In this document: positions 1 to 9,093 of the stretch, piece after piece | How the letters are laid out: the number at the start of each line of letters is the position of its first letter | Numbering within the stretch: position 1 is the stretch's first letter | Made by a program: the position numbers and the translations under genes | The notes under the pieces: generated by a model | The model's database searches: none | Seen by the model: the letters and a program-made list of their open reading frames with translations, nothing else | What the model was told of the DNA's origin: nothing | Origin: an uncultured Candidatus Rokubacteria bacterium | GTDB taxonomy: Bacteria; Methylomirabilota; Methylomirabilia; Rokubacteriales; CSP1-6 | Reading direction: 5' to 3' | NCBI GenBank assembly: GCA_963754315.1 | Contig: CAVWFS010000007.1 | Span: 256,001 to 320,000, forward strand | Length of the DNA: 64,000 nucleotides

Positions 1-973
1 CGATGCCCCCGGTCAAGGTTACGAGAAGGGTCTCGCCGAGGATTTCGCGACCGAGCTGCGCATCGGTGGCGCCGAGCGCGCGCTTCACCCCGAAGTCGCG
101 GATGCGCTCGAAGAGGGCGGCCGTCACCGTGTTGGCGAGGGAGAGGCCTCCGATCACGAGCCCGAGGGCGGCGATCCCGACGAGAAGAGACGAGAAGAAT
201 GCGGTCGAGCTCCGGAGCAGGCGGCTGAGCTCGCTCGGGATCTGTACGTTCACCCCGGGGATTTGGTCGCGGATCCGAATGGCGACCGCGTCGGGATCCT
301 CCCCGTCACGCCAGCCCACGGCAGCGCCGGTGTTCAGATCGGCCGCCGTCAGTGGAACGCCACCGGACGCGAGCACGGTTCGGAGAAGGGGATCCTTGGT
401 GACCCAGAGCCGGCGAGCATCCTCGATGGGCACGATCACGAAGCGGTCGGGGGCGGTCAGCATACGCTCCAGCACGCCGACGATCTTGAACGACTGGCTA
501 TCGAGCGTCAGCACATCGCCCACTCCGAGCCTGCGCGAGTCGGCGAAGGACGCGCCCAGGACGGCGACCTCGCGGTCGCCCGCACCGATCTGACGTCCGG
601 CCCGCGTGGTGAGGATCGGGAAGGCGCGGTTGGGCATGCTTGCCGCCAGGTCGAGACCGACGATCATCTCTTGGGTGAGGGTCATGAATTGCGACACAGA
701 GGGATTCAGGGGGAGCATGACCTGGGCTTGCACGGTGGACACGCCGGGGACCCGAGCAATCGCCTGAATGGTCGCCGCCGACAGCAGACCGCCCGCGGTG
801 AATCCGGCGCCGGTGCCCAGCCCCCGCCCCGCCACCGAGATCTGGCCGAGCACGAAGCGATCACCCCCCTCGATGAATCGGACGATGCGCTCGCTCATGG
901 CGCCGAGCGCCACGAGACCGGCCACGCCGATGGCCACGCCGACGATCGTGAAGGCGTATCGGCGTACTACCAT
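1..973 (-). CDS. ABC transporter permease, MacB/FtsX family (3' end runs off the window)
   Basis: Not in the ORF track. Manual translation from ATG at 973: MVVRRYAFTIVGVAIGVAGLVALGAMSERIVRFIEGG...IARVPGVSTVQAQV. This fits TM1 plus periplasmic domain, with a later TM ('ALLVGIAALGLVIGGLSLANTV') typical of MacB-type permeases. Confidence 0.8.
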   Translation of the reverse strand, partial: MVVRRYAFTIVGVAIGVAGLVALGAMSERIVRFIEGGDRFVLGQISVAGRGLGTGAGFTAGGLLSAATIQAIARVPGVSTVQAQVMLPLNPSVSQFMTLTQEMIVGLDLAASMPNRAFPILTTRAGRQIGAGDREVAVLGASFADSRRLGVGDVLTLDSQSFKIVGVLERMLTAPDRFVIVPIEDARRLWVTKDPLLRTVLASGGVPLTAADLNTGAAVGWRDGEDPDAVAIRIRDQIPGVNVQIPSELSRLLRSSTAFFSSLLVGIAALGLVIGGLSLANTVTAALFERIRDFGVKRALGATDAQLGREILGETLLVTLTGGI

Positions 974-1007
974 TCCAGCTCCCCGTCGCCCAGCGGCGTC
1001 TCGTCGT

Positions 1008-1976
1008 TCACGATCGCCTCAACGGCGAAGTCGCGATGGTGGCGGCGGACAGCTCGGCGTGCATCGCCGCGACGGACCCGGTCAAGGGAGACAGGCGGTC
1101 GAGCGCGTACAGGCGTCGTACCAGAGGTGTGACCAGGTCCGGGACCAAGCGGCCCAGCATGACTTGGGCCACAGTCGCTGCGATTAACACGGGTGTGGTC
1201 ACGGTGGCCGTGGCCACCACGGCCGCTCGACGGAGCCGCACGCGACCCTCGACGTGGCCGCGGGATCCCCGGGCCACGAGGGACCTCACACCGATCCGCG
1301 CTTCTTGTGCCGCGCGCCGGGCGGCGTGCTCCGCAATGTAGGCGCCAATGGCCACCCCGTCACGCACAGGCCGAAATCGGCTTCGCCGCCTGGCCGAGGG
1401 GATGGCGGTGACCGGAACCTCACGGACCCGCCAGCCACGCCGGGCGGCGGCGATGAGTACCTCGGTCTCGAACACGAAGCCGGGGCGGGTCAGGGGCACG
1501 TCGTCGAGCAGCGCCATTGGGTACACGCGGAAGCCAGACTGCGTGTCACGTACCCCGAGGCCGCTCACCCATTCCACGAAGAATGCCGTCACGAGCATGG
1601 CATTCAACCGACCCCGGGGAAAGCGCGGTGCGTCGGCCAAGCGGTTGCCCACGATCATCCAGTCGGGAGTCTCCCGGGCGGCACGGAGGAGCGGGTCGAG
1701 ATCGGCGGCCGCATGCTGACCGTCTCCGTCAAGCGTGATCACCCACGATGCTCCCCGCGCCCGAGCCACCGCGATGCCACTCCGCAGGGCCGCTGCCTTT
1801 CCCCGCCGCTCCCGATGCCGAACGACTTCTGCCCCGGCCCGGGCGGCGATGGCTCCGCTACCGTCGTCCGACCCGTCATCGACGACGACAACGGGCGCGT
1901 ACGCGCGAGCCTCGCTCACCACGGTCTCGAGCGTGGCCGCCTCGTTGAAAGCGGGGATCACGACGACAGGGGTCAT
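1008..1976 (-). CDS. Glycosyltransferase family 2 (DPM1-like)
   Basis: VVIPAFNE, VDDGSDD, DGDGQH, DTQSGFR and FETE motifs. Confidence 0.92.
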   Translation of the reverse strand: MTPVVVIPAFNEAATLETVVSEARAYAPVVVVDDGSDDGSGAIAARAGAEVVRHRERRGKAAALRSGIAVARARGASWVITLDGDGQHAAADLDPLLRAARETPDWMIVGNRLADAPRFPRGRLNAMLVTAFFVEWVSGLGVRDTQSGFRVYPMALLDDVPLTRPGFVFETEVLIAAARRGWRVREVPVTAIPSARRRSRFRPVRDGVAIGAYIAEHAARRAAQEARIGVRSLVARGSRGHVEGRVRLRRAAVVATATVTTPVLIAATVAQVMLGRLVPDLVTPLVRRLYALDRLSPLTGSVAAMHAELSAATIATSPLRRS

Positions 1977-3076
1977 GCCGGTGGCGGGGGGCCGACCACA
2001 ATGGCGACCTGGCTGCCGCCCCGTGCCACGCTGTGCACGAGTCCCGCGGTGGTTGATACGCGCCTGATCTCTGTTGCAGCCGACGCTGCGTTAGGGGAAA
2101 CCACGGGGAATAACCCGGAGCGGGCAGTCCACGCCGCGGCTCCCACGCGCACGGCACCCATTCCGGCGTGGTGGCCGGTGAGCATGCTGAGGGCGCTGGC
2201 GGGAGGCCGATGAGGGGCAAGCGACTCGGCCAGAAGGGCGCTTTCCCAGTTGTCACGCAGGCGGTCGCCGTTGGCCGACGCGTAGACACAGCCGATCTTG
2301 CTCGGGTCGAGGCCTGCGTGCGCCAGCGCTTGCGCCACCGCCGGCGAGCGGCGGACGCGCCCTACCCCGTGTGGCCGGGCCGGGAGCGCACCCGACACCG
2401 CGGCGCGGATCTCGCCGAGAATACGCGCGCCGCGGGCTCGCGCAGCCTCCCAGGATTCGAGCACGAGAAATCCCGCTCCCTCCCCGCGCACCCCCAGGTC
2501 GGCGCCCAGTCGCCGCAGTACCTCACCCACGAACGGATCAATCTCGTCGACACCGCCGGCGAGGAGCCTTTGCGCGCGCCCCGCGGCGATGCAGGCGGTC
2601 GCTCGCGCAATCGCCAGCTCGCCGGCGAGAGTCGGGGCGTTAATAGTCAGGGAGAGGGCACGAGCTCCGAGGGCGATCGCGGTGGCCGCCGCCATCGTGT
2701 TCATCACCGTGTTCGGAAAGAGTAGTGCTGAGAGGCCGGCCTGTCCGCGCGTGAGATACCCGTCGGCGAATTCATGGGTCGACCTCAGATCGCCAAACTC
2801 CGTGCCCAGCACCAAGCCGAGCGGCTCGTCGGACGGACAGGCGGCGTCGGTGACCGCCAGGCGTGCCGCCGCCACCGCCAACTGGCAGACCCGCGACAGC
2901 CGCCGCACATCCACGCCCGTGACTGCCCCGGTGAGGGCACCGGAGGCCAGCTGCCCAGGATCGGACCGCGGACAGGCCAGATAGGCGCCGAGCGCCGCCG
3001 AGCCCCCGCTCAGAGTCGAGTCGACGACGCCGATGCCCGTGATCGCCACGCGACATCGCGCATCGCGCTCGGTCAT
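1973..3076 (-). CDS. Ketosynthase-like chain-length factor (no catalytic Cys)
   Basis: Thiolase-fold KS motifs (FPNTVMN, GEGAGFLVLE, ARARGARI); the Cys position reads NAPTLAG and HGT is replaced by SANG. Confidence 0.8.
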   Translation of the reverse strand: MTERDARCRVAITGIGVVDSTLSGGSAALGAYLACPRSDPGQLASGALTGAVTGVDVRRLSRVCQLAVAAARLAVTDAACPSDEPLGLVLGTEFGDLRSTHEFADGYLTRGQAGLSALLFPNTVMNTMAAATAIALGARALSLTINAPTLAGELAIARATACIAAGRAQRLLAGGVDEIDPFVGEVLRRLGADLGVRGEGAGFLVLESWEAARARGARILGEIRAAVSGALPARPHGVGRVRRSPAVAQALAHAGLDPSKIGCVYASANGDRLRDNWESALLAESLAPHRPPASALSMLTGHHAGMGAVRVGAAAWTARSGLFPVVSPNAASAATEIRRVSTTAGLVHSVARGGSQVAIVVGPPPPA

Positions 3077-4257
3077 GCAGGGGTCTGGCGCAGGAGCAGG
3101 GTCACGTTCTGACCCCCGAAACCGAACGAGTTCGAGATCGCGTGCTCGACGGCGGTTGGGCGCGCGCGGTGGGGCACGCAGTCGAAGGCGACCTCGGGAT
3201 CGGGTTCTTCCAGGTGCACGGTGGGCGGAATCACGCCATGCACGAGGGCGAGCACCACCGCCATCGCTTCCAGGCTCCCGGCCGCCGCCATCGTATGGCC
3301 GATCATCGACTTCGTCGAGGAGATCAGCAGTCCCTCCGCGCCGAAGACGGTGCGCAACGCGCGCGCTTCGATACGGTCGTTCTGTGACGTGGCGGTCCCG
3401 TGGGCGTTGGCGTAGCCAACCTCACCGGCGGCGAGCCCCGCGCGCTCGAGGGCTTCGCGCATGGCGCGGGCCATTCCCTCGCCGTCAGGATCGGGGGACG
3501 TCACGTGGTAGGCGTCGGTGGTCATCCCGTAGCCGGCGAGCTCGGCGTAGATGCGTGCCCCTCGCGCGCGGGCGTGCATGACGTCCTCCAGCACGAGGAA
3601 GCCAGCACCTTCTCCGATCGACATTCCCCGGCGGTGGCGGTCAAACGGGCGGCACGGCTCCGGATCGAGGAGCTTCAACGCGTTGAAGCCGAGGTAGCAG
3701 ATGCGAGTGAGCGCGTCGGCGCCGCCGGCGAGCACGACATCAGCGCTGGCCGTGGCCACGAGATCCGAAGCGACAGCCAAGGCCGCCGCTCCCGAGCTGC
3801 ACGCGGTGACGAGTGTCTCGCGTGAGCCGTAGAGACCGAGGCGGTTGCCGAGCACCTCGGCATGAGCGCAGGGAAGGACGGAGGTCAGAGCTCGCCGATC
3901 CACATCGTCACGCCGCTCGCGAGTCCGCCGCCAGTACCACTCCTCGGCTTCGAGCATCCCGCCGCCCACCGCACCGACTACCAGGGAGGTGCTGGCGCGC
4001 TCGGCAGGATCGAGCCGCGCGTCGTCGAGGGCCTCCCGTGCTGCCATCAGGGCCAGACGATCGGCGCGCGAGCGGCGCCATGAACCGGCCATCGGCTCGG
4101 GGACTTCGGCCGCGAGCCGGCAGCGGAGTCCGTCCGTCTCGAAGAGGGTCACCCGGCCGATGGCACACGTACCGGTCTCCAGGCCATTCCAATACGCCTT
4201 CACCCCGACCCCAAATGGGGTCACGGCGCCGAGGCCGGTGACGACCACGCGCCTCAT
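3073..4257 (-). CDS. fabF: Beta-ketoacyl-ACP synthase II-like ketosynthase (active)
   Basis: TACSSG, HGTATSQND, GHTMAAAG and SNSFGFGG: Cys-His-His triad intact. Confidence 0.9.
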   Translation of the reverse strand: MRRVVVTGLGAVTPFGVGVKAYWNGLETGTCAIGRVTLFETDGLRCRLAAEVPEPMAGSWRRSRADRLALMAAREALDDARLDPAERASTSLVVGAVGGGMLEAEEWYWRRTRERRDDVDRRALTSVLPCAHAEVLGNRLGLYGSRETLVTACSSGAAALAVASDLVATASADVVLAGGADALTRICYLGFNALKLLDPEPCRPFDRHRRGMSIGEGAGFLVLEDVMHARARGARIYAELAGYGMTTDAYHVTSPDPDGEGMARAMREALERAGLAAGEVGYANAHGTATSQNDRIEARALRTVFGAEGLLISSTKSMIGHTMAAAGSLEAMAVVLALVHGVIPPTVHLEEPDPEVAFDCVPHRARPTAVEHAISNSFGFGGQNVTLLLRQTPA

Positions 4258-4541
4258 CCGACCTCCAGGCGGCTGGTGACGTACCGGCTCAGCGTATCGA
4301 GCGACTGGAAGTGAGGAGCGAGATCCTGCGACTCATCGATAGAGATGCCGAAGCGCTCCTCGAGGGCAATCGAGAGCTCGATGAAGTCCAGCGAATCCAG
4401 TCCCACCGCACCTTCGATACCTTTCGGGAGGGGCATCTCGGCTGTGATGTCAGCCGCCCGGCGCGGGTCGAACTTCAGCCGGGTCACCAGAATCGTTCTC
4501 AGCTCGTCGAGGACTTCCTTCGTTTGCATTAGGTTCGTCAT
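4254..4541 (-). CDS. Acyl carrier protein
   Basis: GLDSLDFIEL phosphopantetheine attachment motif, 95 aa, acidic. Confidence 0.92.
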   Translation of the reverse strand: MTNLMQTKEVLDELRTILVTRLKFDPRRAADITAEMPLPKGIEGAVGLDSLDFIELSIALEERFGISIDESQDLAPHFQSLDTLSRYVTSRLEVG

Positions 4542-5287
4542 CCCTCACCTACGGGTTTCGCCTCTTCCCGGGCAGTCTGGTCGTGGGCCAGAGCGATGGC
4601 GATCAGGGGGGCACAGGCCAGCGTTTCTCCTGCGCGCCGCCCGACGATGGCCAACTCGCGCTCCCCGACGCCCATGTCGCTCGCTGGGCGCTGGTCTGGG
4701 CCAAGCGTGCCCAGCACCGCCACCGCCGTCTCCACGAACGGGCCACGTGCCAGCCAGCGGGCCCTTCCGAAGAGGTCGGCACACTCGGCGAAGGTTTCCA
4801 CCGCGAGTATCAGCACGCGCTGACACGCCCCGTAGCGGAGCATGGTCGCGCCTTGCCACACGGCGTGCACCGCGGTCTCGGCACCGCCAAGTAGTATGAC
4901 GTACGGTCCGGTCAGACCAAACTCGATGGCCACCTCCGCGGGGACAGCGCTCGGAGCAGTATACGGGAAGTGTAGTGTGCCCGTCCCCCCCGCCTGATCG
5001 ATGAAGGCGCGGTTGGAGGCGGCGTACGCGGCGGCGGTGACGTAGACGAGGCCCGTACCGCTGCCGCGAAGTGCTTCTCTTCTCATACCGCTCGCCGCAA
5101 GCATGGCTTCGACTGCCGCTACCCCGAGCAGGCATTCGCGGGTGGCGCGCCGGAAGCGATCGCCGGTGAGAGAAGGGCGCGGGATCGCGATGACGGACCG
5201 GCCTGCCCCTGCGTGCCGAGCATCAGCAGGCAACGCCTGCACCCCTGTTCCCCATCCGGTCAGGAGCCCGGCGGCCGCCACCCTCAT
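4538..5287 (-). CDS. Short ketosynthase N-terminal-like protein / chain-length factor
   Basis: Start MRVAAAGLLTGWG at ATG 5287 overlaps the upstream stop; FPYTAPSAVPAEVAIEFGLTGP is KS-like; no active Cys (LGGAETA). Confidence 0.72.
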   Translation of the reverse strand: MRVAAAGLLTGWGTGVQALPADARHAGAGRSVIAIPRPSLTGDRFRRATRECLLGVAAVEAMLAASGMRREALRGSGTGLVYVTAAAYAASNRAFIDQAGGTGTLHFPYTAPSAVPAEVAIEFGLTGPYVILLGGAETAVHAVWQGATMLRYGACQRVLILAVETFAECADLFGRARWLARGPFVETAVAVLGTLGPDQRPASDMGVGERELAIVGRRAGETLACAPLIAIALAHDQTAREEAKPVGEG

Positions 5288-6484
5288 GGACCGCCCTCCA
5301 GGACGAGGGCGGCATTGCACCCGCCGAATCCGAGTGAGGTGCTCACGCTCACCCGTGACGCATGGATTCGTGCGGTCCCAGGCACGTGGTCGAGGCCGCA
5401 TGCCGGATCGACGTCCTCCAGGCCGACCGTCGGCGGTACCACGCCGGAGCGCGCGGCGAGCAAGCACATGATGGCCTCGAGGGCGGCGGCCGCGCCCATC
5501 GTGTGCCCCAGAGAGCCCTTGATCGAGTTCACGGGAACCTCGAGGGCACGCGGCCCGAGAACCCGCCGGAGCACAACCGTCTCGATGCGGTCATTCAGTA
5601 TGGTGCCCGTGCCGTGGGCGCTGACGAGATCAACGTCTTCGGCGCGCACGTCGGCCTCGGCGAGGGCCTGGCGCAGGGCGAACTCGAGCCCACGCCCTTC
5701 GGGATCGGGCGCGGCGATGTGCGAGCCATCGCTTGCGCTCGCGTGCCCGAGCAGGCGGCCGAGTCGCGTCGGACCGGCATCTGCGTCGCGCGCCATGGCG
5801 ACAAGGGCCGCTGCCCTCCCCGAGGAGCAGGCCGCTGCGCCGCCGATCGAATGGCCGCACTCGATCGCGGGTGAGCGACCGCAGAGCATCGAAGCCACGC
5901 ATGACGAAGCGGCTCAGTGCGTCGTAACCACCGGCGATCACGAGATCGGCGCGGTGGTCGCGGAGCAAATCGGCACCGACCCCGATGGCCGTGGCTCCTG
6001 CCGCACACGCGCTACCCACGGTCAATGTGGGTCCTTGGGCGCCGAGAAAACGGGCCAACGCCCGGGCCGGCGTGTCGTAGAGGGCGCTGGCCGGTCCGCC
6101 CCTGACACGTTCTCCGGCCAAGGCGCGGTCGCCCTCCTCCACACCACCGAGAGCGGTACCCACGACCACCGCCAGACGCGCGGGGGGCACGTCGAGGCGG
6201 AACCGAGCGCACAGGTCGGCGGCAGCAGCCTGGAGCAACTGGGTCGCGCGCCCCCCACGGGGACGCGATTCGGCACCGGCCAGCTTCTTGATTTCGCCGC
6301 CACGCTGAACGCGCAGGTCCCCAACGGGGAAGCGGTCGATCGAACTGATGCCATCGGCTCCGGTCACGAGGGCAGTCCAGAACGCGTCCAGATCGGCGCC
6401 CAGCGGTGTGATGACGCCGGCGGCCAGAATGGCGACGGGGTCACGCACCACGGGCCAGACGCCGCTCTCGGACCTCACAGCCAT
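5284..6484 (-). CDS. Second active FabF-like ketosynthase (frameshift at ~5815, probable sequencing error)
   Basis: N-half has SACAAG and RPFDRRRSGLLLGEG; C-half in another frame has HGTGTILND, GHTMGAAA and SLGFGG. Confidence 0.85.
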
Positions 6485-7320
6485 GGCGAATAGTACATGC
6501 GGAACACGCGTATGATGCCCGGTTCCGTGGCGTAGAGGTCGGTGGCCACGAAGCGATCTTGCTGCCGGTCAAACGTCAGGAGGTTTGGGGTCGACGGATC
6601 GTTCGGATCCCACACCGTGAACTCGATTCCGTCTGGTAGCTCCTGGAACCGATACGCGACCACGGTATGGTTGAGTTCCGGTTTTGGCCAGTTCGTGACG
6701 AGGAGCTGTACGAGCCGTCCGTCCGCGAGTTCCTGCATGATTTCTTGGGCGACCTGCGCTTGATGCCCGCGCGTCACCGGGAAGACCACCCGCCAGTTGG
6801 TCCAGTGCACCAGGGTCCAGAATCGTGCGCCGAGCGCCGTCTTCACCGCGTGCCCTTCACTGCGAGAGAACTCGCGCAGGTTGCCGTACCCGGGAATGGT
6901 GATGCGGTCGTCGGCCGGCAGGGTGTTCTCCCACGGCCGCCGCGCCAAGACTTCACGCGATCGCTGGACATATCCGTCCGAATCCAGGCGCGGCGCGCTT
7001 GGGTCGAAGCGGGCGAAGGCAAAGAACTGTCGGAGACCCTTGGCCAGCACGAAGCAGTAGTTCGCGTAGAGATCATCGGAACCGGGATTTCGTTCGCGGA
7101 TATCGTTGCGAAAATCGAAGGTGTCGGTGGCGAACGCAAAGCCAGGCACCGCCATGGCCGGCTTGGGTGCCGTGGGTGCCGGCGGCAACGTCGCCGTCGC
7201 GCAGGCCGTGGTCAGCAGCAGCACCACGAACCCAAGCGCGAACACGCAGTGTCCGGACCCGGTCCGTCGCCCTACGGTTACTCCACCGCCCGCGCCAGGC
7301 GGCGGGCTCTGTTTACTCAC
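6475..7320 (-). CDS. Predicted lipoprotein with papain-like Cys/His/Asp motif set
   Basis: Hydrophobic stretch plus lipobox-like LTTAC; ANYCF...NHTVVAY...VWDPN; overlaps the KS start, so first gene of the operon; start codon uncertain. Confidence 0.65.
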   Translation of the reverse strand: MSKQSPPPGAGGGVTVGRRTGSGHCVFALGFVVLLLTTACATATLPPAPTAPKPAMAVPGFAFATDTFDFRNDIRERNPGSDDLYANYCFVLAKGLRQFFAFARFDPSAPRLDSDGYVQRSREVLARRPWENTLPADDRITIPGYGNLREFSRSEGHAVKTALGARFWTLVHWTNWRVVFPVTRGHQAQVAQEIMQELADGRLVQLLVTNWPKPELNHTVVAYRFQELPDGIEFTVWDPNDPSTPNLLTFDRQQDRFVATDLYATEPGIIRVFRMYYSPWL

Positions 7321-7350
7321 AGCTTTTCCACTTGTCCACGACTATCCACC
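7313..7350 (+). promoter_or_regulatory. Cluster of four tandem DnaA-box-like 9-mers
   Basis: TTACTCACA (7313), TTTTCCACT (7324), TTGTCCACG (7332), CTATCCACC (7342), each 1-2 mismatches from TTWTNCACA. Confidence 0.45.
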
Positions 7351-7512
7351 GCACACGGATTCTGCTGGATTGACGCGGGTTCGTGGCGACGCCCTCAAAA
7401 AACGACGGTGCCATCGTCCACCGCAGGCGGTGGCGCCAAAATCCACGATAACGAAAGGCGCCATCCCCGGCCAGACGCTGCCCATAGGCATTTGACGCCG
7501 CGAAATCAACGC

Positions 7513-7541
7513 TTGAACAAGCCGGGCGAGGTTCGTATGGT
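7513..7541 (+). promoter_or_regulatory. Sigma70-type promoter for the 80-aa gene
   Basis: TTGAAC-17 nt-TATGGT. Confidence 0.55.
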
Positions 7542-7609
7542 GAAGGCCACTTTGTGAGGTCGGGGCCGGCACGAGACACCGCGCGGAACCGTAGGAGACG
7601 CGACGAACG

Positions 7610-7852
7610 ATGGACAGCAGTCGAAAGCCACTCGCACGAATCGAAGGTCGGCGGCGGCTGCGCCTCAGCGGCGTGACTGTCGCGTGGCGCGGCACTCGTG
7701 ACATGGACGACTGGGTCGCCTACATTGTCAATGGGACGCGGTCCAAGAATCTGATCCTGGCCGATCACTCGTGCGAAAGAAAGGTCAAAACGCTGCTGTC
7801 GCGTCTGCAGACCCTCTCGCGTAAGGAGATCGACAAGCTCGCCAAGGGGTAA
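7610..7852 (+). CDS. Small basic hypothetical protein (80 aa)
   Basis: Own promoter, AGGAG upstream, GC3-rich codon usage, sits in an intergenic gap. Confidence 0.7.
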   Translation: MDSSRKPLARIEGRRRLRLSGVTVAWRGTRDMDDWVAYIVNGTRSKNLILADHSCERKVKTLLSRLQTLSRKEIDKLAKG

Positions 7853-7864
7853 TCCCCGCCATCG

Positions 7865-8542
7865 TCAGATGATAACACCGCGCTCGGCCAAGCTAACGAA
7901 GCTGGTTTGTCCGATGATGACATGATCGTGCACGCGAAAGTCAAGTAGGTGGCCGCACTCCACCAACTGCCGGGTGAGGCGGATATCCTCGCGGCTCGGA
8001 GCCGGATCGCCGCTCGGGTGGTTGTGCAAGAGGATGAGGGCGGCTGCCGACTCTACGATAGCCGGCTTGAACACCTCGCGCGGATGAACCAGGCTGGCCG
8101 AGAGTGTCCCCTCCGAAATGACCCGGTCTCGCAGCAGGCGATTCTGGGCGTCCAGCAAGGCGACGCGAAAGACTTCGTGCTTGAGGTCTTCCATGAGGGG
8201 CGCGTACGCGGCGTACACCTCGGCGGGCGCGGCCAGGCGGACGCGTGTCCCCGGCTGACGAGCGCGCAGCCGGCGGGTCAGCTCAAACGTCGCTGCGAGA
8301 CGCGCGGCCTTGGAGGGGCCCACCCCGCGCAGTCGCGCCAGCTCTGAAGCGTCGCGGCAGGCGACCTCCGCCAGCGAGCCGTACGTTGCGAGCATCTCGC
8401 GCGCGACCTCGATCGCGTCCCGGCCGCCCGTTCCTGATCCGAGTTGCAGGGCCAGCAGCTCGGCGTCTGCGAGCGCGGTCGTCCCACTCCAGTAGAGGCG
8501 CTCTCCCGGGTGCTCCGCGGCCGGTCGGCGCCTTGTGGTCAT
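7865..8542 (-). CDS. radC: RadC / JAB-domain protein
   Basis: HhH region (GVGPSKA), VHPREVF and HNHPSGDPAPSRED JAB motif. Confidence 0.93.
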   Translation of the reverse strand: MTTRRRPAAEHPGERLYWSGTTALADAELLALQLGSGTGGRDAIEVAREMLATYGSLAEVACRDASELARLRGVGPSKAARLAATFELTRRLRARQPGTRVRLAAPAEVYAAYAPLMEDLKHEVFRVALLDAQNRLLRDRVISEGTLSASLVHPREVFKPAIVESAAALILLHNHPSGDPAPSREDIRLTRQLVECGHLLDFRVHDHVIIGQTSFVSLAERGVII

Positions 8543-8670
8543 GCATTCTGATAGCGAGCGCCACCGGCCTGCGTCAATGTCTGGGCGCGAGGACGCCTCG
8601 AGGCAGAGACGCGTGGTTCACAAGATACACGCGCCGGTCTGGGGAGCGGCGTCGTTTCCGGCGAGAGCCC

Positions 8671-9093
8671 TCAACGATCGAGTCCGCGTACGGTGATGGT
8701 GCGCGGCTCGTCCCCTACCCCGACGATGTCGATCAGGATCGCCCCCTTCGGCAGCAGCGAACCCAGCTTGTCTGCCCACTCGACGACGGTCACGCCCTCC
8801 CCATCGAAGTACTCGTCGAGGCCAAGGTCGGCCAGCTCGGCGGGTCCTTCCGTGCGATAGGCGTCGACGTGATAGACGGTGAGCGTACCGTGGTACTCGT
8901 TGACGAGAGTGAAGGTGGGGCTCGTCACCGGCCCGCCCACACCGAGCGCGCGCGCCACGCCCCGTGCCAAGCACGTCTTGCCTGCTCCGAGCTCGCCGAA
9001 GAGGCCGAGCACGGCGCCGGAGCGGAGGGTCCGACCGATCTGGTGGCCGATCGCTTCAGTTTCTTGGGGACTCCGGCTCGTCACCACCATCAC
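8671..9093 (-). CDS. tsaE: tRNA t6A biosynthesis ATPase
   Basis: GELGAGKT, SPTF, HVDAYR and VEW motifs. Confidence 0.95.
   Translation of the reverse strand: MMVVTSRSPQETEAIGHQIGRTLRSGAVLGLFGELGAGKTCLARGVARALGVGGPVTSPTFTLVNEYHGTLTVYHVDAYRTEGPAELADLGLDEYFDGEGVTVVEWADKLGSLLPKGAILIDIVGVGDEPRTITVRGLDR

Noticed and set aside
7313..7516. Chromosomal origin oriC
   Set aside because: No dnaA/dnaN, no AT-rich unwinding element or DnaA-trios seen, no lasting strand switch; kept only as a DnaA-box-like cluster
7865..8542. radC as a marker of a mobile element
   Set aside because: Full-length HhH+JAB form within housekeeping synteny; no integrase, transposase or att sites seen
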